A DNA stretch of 64,000 bases. It comes from Eledone cirrhosa (Eukaryota). Under the pieces are notes generated by a model. The model was given only the letters and a program-made list of their open reading frames with translations, ran no database searches and was not told the origin of the DNA. Location: NCBI GenBank assembly GCA_964016885.1, contig OZ024763.1:6200001-6264000 (forward strand), given 5' to 3'. The position numbers were made by a program, and so were the translations under genes. Below, in pieces: positions 13,302 to 25,644 of the stretch (positions are counted from its first letter, which is position 1; every line of letters starts with the position of its first letter).

Positions 13302-14657
13302 CTTAGTGTCAGCAGCAGGGGCGACAGGAGTTAACGCCCTTTTCAAACACTGTGTCATGGGAATATTTGGTGTGCTGGGACAGGACTTTGTCTTGGGGAC
13401 GTTCATCTTAGTTTCGAATATGTAGTTGAACTTTAGAGATGAACGGGGTATAGATCTATATTCAGGGTCAGCTGGGGAGATTTCTGCTGCTGCTGCTGCT
13501 GCTGGTTGTAGTAGTAGCGGTGATGGTGGTAGTGGTGGTACCGTTGTTGTTGTTGCTGCTGCTGTTATTGTTATCGTCGAAGAAGACGAAGAAGACGAAG
13601 ACGAAGAAGAAGAAGAAGAAGAAGAATTAGAACTAGAGTGAGCCCCAGCCCTGGAGCCGGTCCCAGTAACAGCAGAGTCAATTCTAGAATCACTAATATC
13701 ACTGGTACTTGTACTAATACTAGAGTATATTTGTAAAGTCCTTTCCTCATTATTACATATTGTACTACTATATTCCTCCTCTTCACCGCTACTACTGCTG
13801 CTACTACTGCTGCTGTTAGTACTACTATTGCTGCTGTTACTGCAGCAGGTTTGGTGTTCAACGTTGCCATTCATGTAGACACCGGCTGAAGAAGATGAAG
13901 ACGACGACGATGTTGTTGTTGTTGTTGCTGTAGATTTAGCAATGCAAGCAGCCTTGTTGTTGTAAAGGGACAATTTACTTAAAGGTTCATCTACAATGGG
14001 ATCTAAGGAGTTGCTGAACGTCTCATTGGCCGGGATCTGAGAAGATTTGTTGAAAGTTCTGTGTGGTGGTGGTTTACTGCTGTTCATAGAAGATGTGATG
14101 TAAGGGGGTAGTGACGAGTTGCCGTTCACCTCGCTGTTTGAAAGATTCGTCAAGATGTCACCGTTGAGGAGTTCCTCACCAAACTTTATAGGATATTCCA
14201 TCCCGTTGCTGCCACTGCTTCCACCACCACCACCCTCTTCGATATTGTCTGTTGGTTCGCTGTCAGGCGTCGACACGCAGTGGTTGCCATTGTATAGTTC
14301 CCGCGGGGGACTGGCGCTTGTCTCTTCCAACAGATGGTTGCTGTTCACATTGATCAGACTGTAAACGCTGTTGCTGCATTCCTTCGTCGCCTGAAACATT
14401 ACCTGCTCGTGATTGTCTATGGCAATACTAGGGTCACTCAGCCTTCGACTGAAATAAGGAGTATGTTCCACCCCGACCAAGTCATCGTAGGATCTGGTCT
14501 TTCCCAGGTTGTTGTGGTCAACTTTGTGCTCATCGAGGAAATGGTCATTTGTACTGGTACCGACAATGTCATCGGAACTGGTGGAGAAAGAATTATTGGT
14601 GAGGAATACATGGGTCCACAGTGTCAAGTTAAGGACGTGACATGAAGGGTACAGAAC
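13302..14657 (-). CDS. MTMR4: MTMR3/4 large exon (VLYP..LxLW motif, then Ser/Thr-rich disordered linker)
   Basis: Lies inside ORF 13095..14693. VLYPSCHVLNLTLWTHVFL...KTRSYDDL...RRLSDPSI; 1356 nt, phase 0/0, ttcag/gtaaga. Confidence 0.88.
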
Positions 14658-14699
14658 CTGAAAGAGAAGGAAAGTTTTTTTTAAATGAGACACATTTTG

Positions 14700-15150
14700 T
14701 TACCATATTTCTAATGAAAAACACTGTCTATGTCTTTAACCCTTTCATTACCATATTTCTAGTGAAAGACACTGTCTATGTCTTTAACCCTTTCATTACC
14801 ATATTTCTAGTGAAAGACACTGTCTATGTCTTTAACCCTTTCATTACCATATTTCTAGTGAAAGACACTGTCTATGTCTTTAACCCTTCCATTACCATAT
14901 TTCTAGTGAAAGACACTGTCTATGTCATTAACCCTTTCATTACCATATTTCTAGTGAAAGACACTGTCTATGTCTTTAATCCTTCCATTACCATATTTCT
15001 AGTGAAAGACACTGTCTATGTCATTAACCCTTTCATTACCATATTTCTAGTGAAAGACCCTGTCTGTGGGTTTCAAATAATTTTGAAAATAATCAAGAAT
15101 TTGTGGAGAGATAGTAACATAACTAACTTTGATGTTATTAAGTTTGTGTT
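14700..15150 (+). repeat. 48-bp x8 array amplified from the terminus of a piggyBac-like MITE, followed by MITE body
   Basis: Unit ttaaccctttcattaccatatttctagtgaaagacactgtctatgtct. Related arrays at 20870-21090, 40940-41480 and 46535-46830. Confidence 0.85.
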
Positions 15151-15379
15151 AGTACATCTACACAGCACTACTGGGGCTGATATGGGAGACTAAATCACAT
15201 CAGGATAGTGCCCCAGCATAGCCACAGACTAATGACAAACCAGTACAAGAGTGTGGTGCCCCAGCATGGCCATAGTTTAATGACTGAAATCTGTAAAAGA
15301 GTGCAATATCCCAGGATCGCCACAATCTAATGACTGAAACAATACTTGTGTTGGTATGATAAACTAAATCAAGGCAGGG

Positions 15380-15645
15380 CCCCATCATGTCTAAAGTAGG
15401 TCTCATCAGGCTGGAGCTTATCCCAGTTTTTATGGCATGAAGTGAATGAGTACATGACTCCTCCTGGACAGGACGCCAGTCCATCTCAAGGTTAAACCCC
15501 CAGCTATTGCTACTGGTACTCATTTTCAGCTGAATATCCAGGAGCAATGTGAAATGAAGTGTTTTACTCAAGAACACAACCCAGTCCAAGAATCAAACCC
15601 ACAACATTATGGTTGTAAGTCCAACACCTTTACCACTAGGCCACA
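15380..15645 (-). mobile_element. tRNA-headed SINE with CORE-like segment; plus-strand copy at 58155-58430
   Basis: tggcctagtggtaa(a/g)ggtg head, ttcttgagcaaaacacttcattt body. Confidence 0.65.
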
Positions 15646-15674
15646 TTCTAATAACTGAAACCAATTAAATAATA

Positions 15675-16365
15675 ATAGTTTCTGATTTAGAGAAAAGGCC
15701 AACAATTTAGGGGGAGAGGAAAGTCGATTAAATTGACTCAAGGGCATAACTGGTACTTTATTTCAGACCCCAGTGTGATACTGATATTTTATTTCATTGA
15801 CCCAATAAGGATGAAAGGCAAAGCTCACCTTGACGGAATTGAACTCACAACATAAAGGGACGTAACTATTACTGCAAAGTATGTTGACTGACGCTCTGCC
15901 GATTACTGCCAATCCACTGCCCTCAACCAAGGAAATAATAATGGTTTCTACTTTAGGCACAAGGCCAGCAATTTTATTTTTTTGGGGGGGTGGGGGACTT
16001 GATTAAACCGACCCCAGTGTATTACTGGTACTTTACTTTATCGACCCCGTAAGGATGAAAGGCAAAGCTAACCTCGGCGGGATTTGAATTTAGACTGTAT
16101 AGGGCCGTAACTCTATGCTGCGAAGCAGGGTGTTCGACGCTCTACTGATATTGCTAACCCACCGCCCTAACCAATGAAATAATAATTGTTTCTACGTTAG
16201 GCACAAGGCCAGCAATTACCCAGTGCATTACTGGTACTCTATTTTATCAACCCCGTAAGGATGAAAGGCAAAGCTAACCTCGGCGGGACTTGAACTCAGA
16301 ATAGCAAGGGCCGTAACTCTATGCGTCAAAGCATGGCGTCTGACCCTCTACCGATACTGCCAATA
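15675..16365 (-). mobile_element. Head-to-tail cluster of about 3 SINE copies
   Basis: Same consensus as the 2680-4205 cluster. Confidence 0.8.
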
Positions 16366-16388
16366 ATAATAATCAAAAGGGTATTTAC

Positions 16389-16559
16389 CTGGTCTGTTGA
16401 AGGGTTATACAGGGAGTTGGTGAATCGTTTATTGACAGGTAAGAGAAGAGACCAGACAGAGGCAGTCTTGGTTTTCAACTTGGCTTTCTTGCGATCATTT
16501 GCATTGTTGCATAAAAAAGTTCCAAACAGACGGGAGTAGGTGTGTTGGACTAGTTTTAT
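16389..16559 (-). CDS. MTMR4: MTMR3/4 exon (end of phosphatase domain)
   Basis: IKLVQHTYSRLFGTFLCNNANDRKKAKLKTKTASVWSLLLPVNKRFTNSLYNPSTDQ; 171 nt, cag/gtaaat. Not in the ORF track. Confidence 0.93.
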
Positions 16560-16609
16560 CTGGAACAGAGAAACACAGTATGTTATATTACTAGCAAAGT
16601 ATACTTACA

Positions 16610-16815
16610 TAAACTACCTGCATCAGTTGTTAGCTGTCGAGACACTGCATCCTTTAAGGCCTCCATGCTTCCCGAGATTCGCCAACACTACAGCTAACAC
16701 ATACACACATGTACTTCCCTGACATTTGTGTATTATTCTATGTACTATACATACACCTTTGACGAGTTGTAGTGCACCTGAGCACTTTACACAATAATTT
16801 CATTATTATTATTAT
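16610..16815 (+). mobile_element. CR1/L2-like LINE 3' end; inverted copy at about 24058-24268
   Basis: KLPASVVSCRDTASFK (LPxxVV...FK), a 3'UTR and an (att)n tail. Confidence 0.55.
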
Positions 16816-17114
16816 GTGTATATATGTATAGATGCGCACATACATATATGCATACACATATACATAAACGCATACAGCACACACATACCTGTACAGAGAA
16901 GCACGCACATACGTGCATATTTTTACAGCTAGATGCCTTTCCTAACACCAACCACGTTTACAGTGTGTGCATGTATATATATATATATACACACACACAC
17001 ATATGTAAGTATACTTACACATACATACATATATGCACACACACATAAAGCACACACAAGCGTACACAGAAGCACGCATATACATGCATATAAACAGACA
17101 CACACACAAAAATG

Positions 17115-17598
17115 AATGATGATGACAATGGTAGTGGTGGTTGTGACAATGATAATGATTGGGGTGGTGGTGATTGTGGTGGTGGTGGTGGTGATTATGG
17201 TGTTGGTGGTGATTGTGATGGTGGTGGTGGTGGTGATTATGGTGTTGGTGGTGATTGTGATGGTGGTGGTGATTATGGTGTTGGTGGTGATTGTGGTGAT
17301 TGTGGTGGTGGTGATGGTGGTGGTGGTGGTGGTGGTGATGGTAGTGGTGATGGTGGTGGTGGTGGTGATGGTAGTGGTGATGGTGATGGTGGTGTTGGTG
17401 ATGGTGATGGTGATGGTGATGGTGGTGGTGGTGGTGATGGTGGTGTTGGTGATTGTGGTGTTGATGGTGGTGGTGGTGGTGATTGTGGTGTTGATGATGA
17501 TGATGGTTGTGACAATGATAATGGTGGTGGTGGTGAAAGTGATGGTGGTGATGGTGGTGGTGGTGGTGGTGGTGGTGAAAGTGATGATAATGGTGTTG
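17115..17598. repeat. (GGT/GAT)n trinucleotide tract abutting an exon donor; similar tracts at 1470-1640 and 2355-2635
   Basis: Visible by direct inspection; source of the spurious poly-G/V/P ORFs. Confidence 0.9.
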
Positions 17599-17605
17599 GC
17601 CTTAC

Positions 17606-17791
17606 CAGAAATGCTTCTGAGAACTCAAAAGCACAGGGGAACTGTCTGTAGATCTGGTGGACACAGTCGAGCCACTGCAGGAAGACTGGACAACGTTCAT
17701 TGGAATCAACATTGTTGACATCATGACCACAGCGGTCAGCAAACTTATGGCCAAACTGGAGCCATTCTCTCTCGACAAGGACATAGAAGCC
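17606..17791 (-). CDS. MTMR4: MTMR3/4 exon (phosphatase/SID region)
   Basis: GFYVLVEREWLQFGHKFADRCGH...ERCPVFLQWLDCVHQIYRQFPCAFEFSEAFL; 186 nt, phase 0/0, cag/gtaagg. Confidence 0.95.
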
Positions 17792-18398
17792 CTGCAGGAT
17801 AACATCAGAGAAGGAGGTCAATATAGAAATCAATAAATATATATATGTATAGAGATAAATCAATATATGTAGAGAGGTCAATAAGTAAGAGAGAGGTGGG
17901 GGGTAAGGGTCAATATAGAAACCAATATATGTAGAGGGAGATCAATAAGTAATGAGAGAGGGGTGTCAATAGAGAAATCAATAAATACATATATAGAGAG
18001 ATCAATATATATATATATAGAGAGAGATCAATATATATATATATAGAGAGAAATCAATATATATATATAGTGAAATCAATATGTATATAGATAAGTAAAT
18101 ATATGTAGAGGGAAATCAATATGGAAATCAATAAATATATATATATAGAGGGAGATCAATAAGTAATGGAGATATGGGTTAATATAGAAATTAATAAATA
18201 GAAAGACCAATATGTGTATATAGAGATCAATATATATATATATATATATAATGATATAGAGAGAGAGATGTAATAAAGAAAGATCAATATATCAATATAG
18301 AAATCAATCAATATATAGAGATCAATATGTATATATAGAGAGAGATGTAATACAAAGAGATCAATATAATAATCAATAAAATGAAATGTGAGACTTAC

Positions 18399-18594
18399 AT
18401 AAGAAGTTCTGTAGTAAGGGTCAAGAAGTAATTCTGCCAAGGCCACAATTTGAGGGGTCCTGTCCCAACCATCAGAGCAGTGGACCAAAACTGGTCGACC
18501 CTCCTTATGGATTGCACTAGCTACAACACAGGCAGCCTTCAGCAGGTTAGCAATATGGTGTAACCACTTGGTGTTCTCAAGACCAGACAACCAG
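18399..18594 (-). CDS. MTMR4: MTMR3/4 exon with the catalytic CX5R loop (HCSDGWDRT)
   Basis: WLSGLENTKWLHHIANLLKAAC...PVLVHCSDGWDRTPQIVALAELLLDPYYRTSY; the intact active-site signature lies at about 18456-18482. 196 nt, tag/gtaagt. Confidence 0.96.
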
Positions 18595-18644
18595 CTACAG
18601 AGAGAGGAGAAATAATAACATAAGAAACTACAAATAAAACATCA

Positions 18645-19710
18645 TCATCATTGCTTTTACATTGACTTTACTATCCTGGCATGGGTTGGACAGGACGTTT
18701 TGAGGCAATGTTTTACAGCTAGATACCCTTGAGACAAGGGGGACCAATCTTATACCATACACAGTATATATATCATTATCATCACTGATTTTATGTCAAC
18801 TTTACTATCCTGGCATGGGTTGGACAGGACGTTCTGAGACAATGTTTTACAGCTAGATACCCTTCCTGACACACAGAGACAAGGGGGACCAATCTTATAC
18901 CATACACAGTATATATATCATCATCATCACTGATTTTGTCAACTTTACTATCCTGGCATGGGTTGGACAGGACGTTCTGAGACAATGTTTTACAGCTAGA
19001 TACCCTTCCTGACACACAGAGACAAGGGGGACCAATCTTATACCATACACAATATATATATCATCATCATCACTGATTTTATGTCAACTTTACTATCCTG
19101 GCATGGGTTGGACAGGACGTTTTGAGGCAATGTTTTACAGCTAGATACCCTTCCTGACACACAGAGACAAGGGGGACCAATCTTATACCATACACAGTAT
19201 ATATATCATCATCATCATCACTGATTTTATGTCAACTTTACTATCCTGGCATGGGTTGGACAGGACGTTCTGAGACAATGTTTTACAGCTAGATACCCGT
19301 CCAGACATGCAAAGACAAGGGGGACCAATCCTAAACCATACACGCAATATATGTGTTATTTTTACATTGATTTTATTATCCTGGCATGGGTTGGGCAGGA
19401 GTTTTATAGCCAGATCTCCTTCCTGACACCAACATTTTTAATCCCTTCTTACAGCATAGAGACAAGGGGCACCCATTCTAAACCAGATACACACATCTAT
19501 ATATCATCATCACGGATTTTGTCAACTTTTGGCATGGGTTAGATGAGATTTTTTTTGAGGCAATGTTTTACAGCCAGATGCCCTTCCAGACATGCTGAGA
19601 CAAGGGGTTCCAATTCTAAACCAGATAAATAGTATATATCATCATTGATTTTGTTGACTTTACTATCCTGGCGTGGGTTGGACAGGACATTTTGAGGCAA
19701 TGTTTAGCTG
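18645..19710. repeat. Tandem array of about 135-148-bp units derived from an RTE-tail SINE
   Basis: Repeats ctatcctggcatgggttggacaggacg...ttttacagctagataccc...gacaagggggaccaatc, about 7-8 units. Confidence 0.85.
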
Positions 19711-20104
19711 GCCTCTCTCATGCTGCTGTGACATTTCACACAAATGCAGGTTTACCAGCCTTCTTAATTGTATCTCATAGGAGGTTTCTTGGGTGTTTTA
19801 ATGATAGGGACACTGGTCATATCATGTGCTTGCTACAGATCACACTTATGAAAGTTTAGCTGGCCTTCTACATTCTAAACTATATACATACAGTATATAT
19901 CATCATCATCATTGATTTTCAATGCTGGCATGGGTTGGACAGGACTTTTTGAGGCAATATTTTATAACCAGAAGCCTTTCCTGAACATCAACCTTAGTCA
20001 CTTTTTACGACCAGTAGAGATAGCGTGTACCTATTTTTAACTGGAGACACATGGTATTATATATATATATATATATATAAAAGCACAGATAAAAATGTGT
20101 TTAC

Positions 20105-20216
20105 TTAGTCTGATCTGGAGATGATCCACACAAGGTCCTTAGGGCACAGAAACTTTTCCTAATGGAATGTATGTTGGCAAGGTTCATAAACTGGATCTCA
20201 CAATTTGGATAATATT
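20105..20216 (-). CDS. MTMR4: MTMR3/4 exon (phosphatase domain)
   Basis: EYYPNCEIQFMNLANIHSIRKSFCALRTLCGSSPDQT; 112 nt, cag/gtaaac. Not in the ORF track. Confidence 0.92.
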
Positions 20217-20640
20217 CTGGAAGGAAATAAATAAATAAATAAATAAATAAAAAGCAGCATTGAAAAGTAGGGGTTTAGAAATGGATCTCAAATAACTCCA
20301 GAGGTAGAGCTGGAGAGAAGAGGAGTTTTAGCAAGGATACGAAGTCACTTGATCAAGGGTTATTAGTGTAAAATCTGGGATCAAATAATCAAGAGATATT
20401 AGCACAGATCTGGAATCAATTGATCAATAGTTATCAGCACAGATCTGAGAATGGTTATTAGCACAGATCTGGGATCAGTTGATCAGTGAATGGTTATTAG
20501 CACAGATCTGGGATCAGTGATTGGTTATTAGCACAGATCTGGGATCAGTTGATCAAGAGTTATTAGCTCTGATCTAAGATCAGTTGATCCTAAAACAAAG
20601 TAAACATTAGTGTTAGTAAGAGGTAAGTTAGATGACCTAC

Positions 20641-20763
20641 CTGCACATTCACAGCCACCTCCTTTGGCCCTGTTGGCAATGGCTGCACTGTAAGATCGAG
20701 CATCAATAATTAACATCCCAAGAGCATTGGTAGAATTCTCTCGAAGGCCCATGGTCATTTCAT
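20641..20763 (-). CDS. MTMR4: MTMR3/4 exon (phosphatase domain)
   Basis: ...MLIIDARSYSAAIANRAKGGGCECA carries the conserved DAR...ANRAKGGGxE motif. 123 nt, cag/gtaggt. Confidence 0.92.
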
Positions 20764-21089
20764 CTGGGAAAAACAAACAAACAAAAATATAGCAATCAAC
20801 TGTGTTTACAGTTATTTTCTGCATCTGAGAATCCTACACTTTCTATGAACTTCAGTAAGCTTTCTATTCTTTCATTACCATATTTCTAATGAAAGACACC
20901 ATGTCTTTAACCCTTTCATTACCATACTTCTAATGGAAGACATTGTCCATGGTTTTTCAAATAATTTTTTTAATAATCAAGAATTCGGAGAGATTTAGTA
21001 ATATATCTAACTTTCTCATTACTAAGCTGGTGTTTGGAATAAAACATAACAAAGGTTCTTAAATAAACATTTTGATGGGAAGTTTTTAG

Positions 21090-22290
21090 ATCTGAGATCA
21101 GAGTCACTCCAGGTAGAGCTGCTACTTCACCAAATTGAGAGATTAGAGCTCAGATACTACAGATATGTGGTTAGAATGTCTCAAGAAAGAATCACTGGAT
21201 AGATTTGAGAGATTAGAGCTCAGATACTACAGATATGTGGTTAGAATGTCTCAAGAAAGAATCAGTGGACAGATTTGAGAGATCACAGCTCAGATACTAC
21301 AGATATGTGGTTAGAATGTCTCAAGAAAGAATCACTGGATAGATTTGAGAGATCACAGCTCAGATACTACAGATATGTGGTTTGAATGTCTCAAGAAAGA
21401 ATCACTGGATAGATTTGAGAGATTAGAGCTCAGATACTACAGATATGTGGTTTGAATGTCTCAAGAAAGAATCAGTGGACAGATTTGAGAGATCACAGCT
21501 CAGATACTACAGATATGTGGTTAGAATGTCTCAAGAAAGAATCACTGGATAGATTTGAGAGATCACAGCTCAGATACTACAGATATGTGGTTAGAATGTC
21601 TCAAGAAAGAATCACTGGATAGATTTGAGAGATCACAGCTCAGATACTACAGATATGTGGTTAGAATGTCTCAAGAAAGAATCAGTGGACAGATTTGAGA
21701 GATCACAGCTCAGATACTACAGATATGTGGTTTGAATGTCTCAAGAAAGAATCAGTGGACAGATTTGAGAGATCACAGCTCAGATACTACAGATATGTGG
21801 TTAGAATGTCTCAGGAAAGAATCAGTGGATAGATTTGAGAGATCACAGCTCAGATACTACAGATATGTGGTTAGAATGTCTCAAGAAAGAATCAGTGGAC
21901 AGATTTGAGAGATCACAGCTCAGATACTACAGACATGTGGTTTGAATGTCTCAAGAAAGAATCACTGGACAGATTTGAGAGATCATAACTCTGATATTAC
22001 AGATATGTGGTTAGAATGTCTCAAGAAAGAATCACTGGACAGATTTGAGAGATCATAACTCTGATATTATGGACATGTGGTTAGAATATCTCAGGGAAAA
22101 AAAAAATCACTGTACATATTTTACAGGCAAAACAAAGAAGCAGAAGACCTTGAGCAAGATGGTTGGATAACATCCACGAGCTCAACTGTTCTTGCTTGGA
22201 GATCCAGCTGCATCAATTGGAGACGGCTGCTTCTAACAAGAAGTGTTTGAGGAATCTGAGCCCCTATGAGCCTTGCAGGAATAAGTGAGT
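21090..22290 (+). repeat. RTE LINE 3' fragment containing a 70-bp x14 internal minisatellite
   Basis: Unit gagatcacagctcagatactacagatatgtggttagaatgtctcaagaaagaatcactggatagatttga. A single-unit homologue lies at 49083-49400. Confidence 0.85.
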
Positions 22291-22324
22291 GAAAAAGAAG
22301 TTTTTAGATATAATTATAAACACT

Positions 22325-22557
22325 TTAACCCTTTAGCAATTAAAACCGGCCATATCTGGCCACAATTCTCTCACCTCTTTCTGTTCAAACTGGTTGTAAC
22401 AGCCACCCATACTGACGTTTAGGTATTGTTCTCAATATAAATAATATCAAAATTTCATAGATTTGATATTATGTGAGATATTTATTTATGTAAGATAAAG
22501 CCTTTACCATGAAAATACAATAGTATATGTAAAGTAATGTAAATGCTAAAGGGTTAA
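22325..22557. mobile_element. piggyBac-like MITE (same family as 9081)
   Basis: TTAA-ccctttagca...tgctaaaggg-TTAA. Confidence 0.85.
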
Positions 22558-22672
22558 AATAACCCTCTCAGGAATAAGTGGGTGAAGAAGAAGCTTAGTA
22601 CGATAGATCCAGGGGACAGTATCAAGCGGAGTAAAAAAATAAACTAAAATATAGCAAAAGTTAACAGCTAAC

Positions 22673-22860
22673 CTTTGTCAATGCCATCTGTACTCTCAGA
22701 AATATCTGGTTGAGATTGGAACTTGCTATTGGTGCCGGGATTCTGGGCACAAGCCATCGCAATGGCTTGCAGTAAATTCTCATCTTCGGTTTTTCTCCAG
22801 CCAAGCCAGCCTATTTCTGGTTGGCTGCTCCTGGAAATCACTGCTCCGCTTCGCTGGTCT
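22673..22860 (-). CDS. MTMR4: MTMR3/4 exon (phosphatase domain)
   Basis: DQRSGAVISRSSQPEIGWLGWRKTEDENLLQAIAMAC...; 188 nt, cag/gttagc, phases 2 and 1 fit. Confidence 0.9.
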
Positions 22861-23444
22861 CTGGGAGAGAGAGAAAGTCAAAGGGGAACAGAATGTAGAT
22901 AGGATAGCTGATGAGTGTGTGGTTGGTTGGAGTGAGGGTAGTATTTATAACAAACATCATTATTATCACCAAATCAATATCATCATCAATACCATTGTCA
23001 TTATCACCTTCAACAAACAACAAAGGAGTAGTGTTGACATCACAATAAAATGCACCTGGTACACTCTGCAAAGTGGTAGTATTGGTAACAGGATAAAATA
23101 CACCCAGTGCACTCTGTCAGGTGTTAGTGTTGATGATAGGATAGAATACACCCAGTACACACTGTAAAGTGTTAGAGTTGGTGCTATAATAAAATGCACC
23201 CAGTACACACTGTGAAGTGGTAGTGTTGGTGTAATGATAAAACACATCCTATATAATGCCACCAACATCACAACCAACAACTACACTACCACATACAACA
23301 TCACCACCAACCACAACAACTACACCAGCGCCACCACCACCACCAATAACAATAACTATACCAGCGCCACCATCACCATTATCAACAACAACACTACCAT
23401 AACCGTCACCACCAAAACAACAACATCACTGAAAATGTTCTTAC

Positions 23445-23558
23445 CTCCAAACTACTGATGGAATCCTTCGCATGGATCGGAAACCTGCAACATTTTTTAA
23501 TTCTTCATCTGTGATAATAGCAGGGACAATATGGACCTCAGGATAAGAAGGGCAGATT
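23445..23558 (-). CDS. MTMR4: MTMR3/4 exon (phosphatase domain)
   Basis: ICPSYPEVHIVPAIITDEELKNVAGFRSMRRIPSVVW carries the conserved CxSYP and FRSxxRIP motifs. 114 nt, cag/gtaaga. Confidence 0.92.
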
Positions 23559-23799
23559 CTGAAGAGATAAGTGCAAAAAATACAATCATGCTAGAAATAA
23601 CACTGATTAACAATAAGTACAACAGTGTTTTAAGGCCTCAACACATGACCCAACTATCTTATTCCATTTCTCTTCACAACATTCATCACTGTCTCCATTC
23701 CTCTCACCCAGTCACTTTCATCCTTCCTCAAGTGGAGGTGGGATTATTGAAACTCCGAGAATATACACATAAAAATATCTGTCTTTAAGTGTGACTTAC

Positions 23800-23896
23800 T
23801 CATAATCTTCATTGATGTATGATATTCTCCATGCTGATTTTAAATCAAAGTTCATCCGTTTCACCTCTTTACCAAAACGCAGTTGATAGCTTTCCA
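23800..23896 (-). CDS. MTMR4: MTMR3/4 exon (start of phosphatase domain)
   Basis: VESYQLRFGKEVKRMNFDLKSAWRISYINEDY carries the myotubularin WR(I/V)S motif. cag/gtaagt, 97 nt. Not in the ORF track. Confidence 0.9.
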
Positions 23897-23944
23897 CTGG
23901 AAAACATAAAAATATGACAACAACAATCAAAATATCATAAAAAT

Positions 23945-24058
23945 TGTCAGAGTCACCACAGAGGCCACGGTACAAGACATTAGAAACTTCTATATGAAAG
24001 AGGCAATGTTCATTTATAGAGTAAGGCCTTCTATTAACAGTAGATGTGAATTATATAA
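23945..24058 (+). mobile_element. Penelope-like GIY-YIG C-terminal relic
   Basis: VQDIRNFYMKEAMFIYRVRPSINSRCELY fits the KEAxxIxxxxPSxN motif. Confidence 0.45.
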
Positions 24059-24264
24059 TAATAATAAAAATTATTGTGTACAGAGCTCAGGTGCACTACA
24101 ACTCATCAAAGGTGCATGTATAGTACATAGAATAATGTATAAATGTCAGGAAAGTGAACAGTGTATGAGTCATGATATACACACAGATACATGTGTGTGT
24201 TTATGATGGGGGAATATCAGGTATAGTGTTAGCAAATTTCAAGAAGCATGGAAGTTTTGAAGGA

Positions 24265-24730
24265 TGCATCCTCTTCAGCACAGTATCTCTCTCTCCAATC
24301 GTCACGGTCCCTCGTCATCTGCTCTGTGAGCTTCAGCGATCTGAGGTCAGCTCTCACCACCTCCACCTATGTTTTTCGCGGTCTTCCTCTACTGCGTCTT
24401 CCTTCCACCGGGATTTCTTGGCACTTCTCCACCCAGTGGTAATTTCCATGCACATCATATGGCCATACCAACGCAGTCTTCTCTCTCTTATCACTTTTCA
24501 TTTCCTTAATTGCCTCTTTGACCCTATAGTCGTCAATCTCAATAGCTGGTGCATCTGTTGAGGGTAGTTTCTCTCTCTCCCATTCATTCTCAACATTCAT
24601 CAGTCTCTCATAATGACATTTCCAGGCCTCCTTTTTCTGAGCACCAGTGACGCTAAGTACACCAGCACCATTTTGAACACTTATCTCCAACATCTTGATT
24701 TACACTGACACACTGCCGAGATTTTGATAT
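24265..24730 (-). mobile_element. RTE LINE relic, internally deleted
   Basis: KKEAWKCHYERLMNVENEW ... EGRRSRGRPRKT. Confidence 0.7.
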
Positions 24731-25359
24731 GAGTGGCTGGTTACGGCCGGTTTGAACCGAAAGAAGCGAGAGAATTCTGGCCGTATACATCATTGTCGTC
24801 ATCTAAATGCTAAAGGGTTAATCGACATTCCCCTTCCCTTCAAATTGCTGACCTTGTGTTAATGCTAGAAACCATTATTGCAGATTGACTGAATCGGTAG
24901 AGTGTCGGACACCATGCTTCATGGCACAGAGTTACGGCCCTTTACGTTCTGATTTCAAATCCCACTGAGCTTAGATTTGCCTTTCATCCTTGAGGTCAAA
25001 GCACCAGTAACGTACTGGGGCCAATTTGACTTCCCCCTCCCCCAAAATTGCCGGCCTTGTGCCTAAATCAGAAACCATTATTATTATTAATAGGCGACAC
25101 GACAAAAAGCACCCAGTCCACACTGTAAAGTGGTTGTGTAGGAGACACGGTAAAAAGGCTCCTAGTCCACACTGTAAATGTGGTTGGTGTTAGGAAGGGC
25201 ATCCAGCCATAGAAAACCTGCCAGAAACAGTTCCGTATGAGTGAGACACGGTCACCCGACCAATCTTGCCTCAATTTGGACAAACCCGTCCAACCCATAC
25301 TAGCGTGGAAGATGGACGTTAAATGATGATGGTGGTGTTTATTATAATTATTAATTTAC

Positions 25360-25538
25360 CTGGAGAATTTTGCACACACAACTGATAACATGAGGAGTTC
25401 TGTTCCCTGTTGCAGTGGTCGACACACCAAGCATGGAAGGCAAACGCAAAGAGGTCCTCCATTCTTGATGGAGTTGTGATGACGGCATTGAGCCTCTTAA
25501 ACCAATCCTGGCACAACTCATTTGTGGCAAACGAACAC
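25360..25538 (-). CDS. MTMR4: MTMR3/4 exon (end of PH-GRAM)
   Basis: CSFATNELCQDWFKRLNAVITTPSRMEDLFAFAFHAWCVDHC...; tag/gtaaat boundaries, 179 nt, phases 2 and 1 match the neighbouring exons. Confidence 0.92.
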
Positions 25539-25644
25539 CTACAAAACACAAACATAAACAATGAAGTAAATAATAGCAAATTCTTTATGTTTATATGTTT
25601 ACAATACTGCTTTAATATGGAGTCTATTGGGAGAGAAAGGGGGA

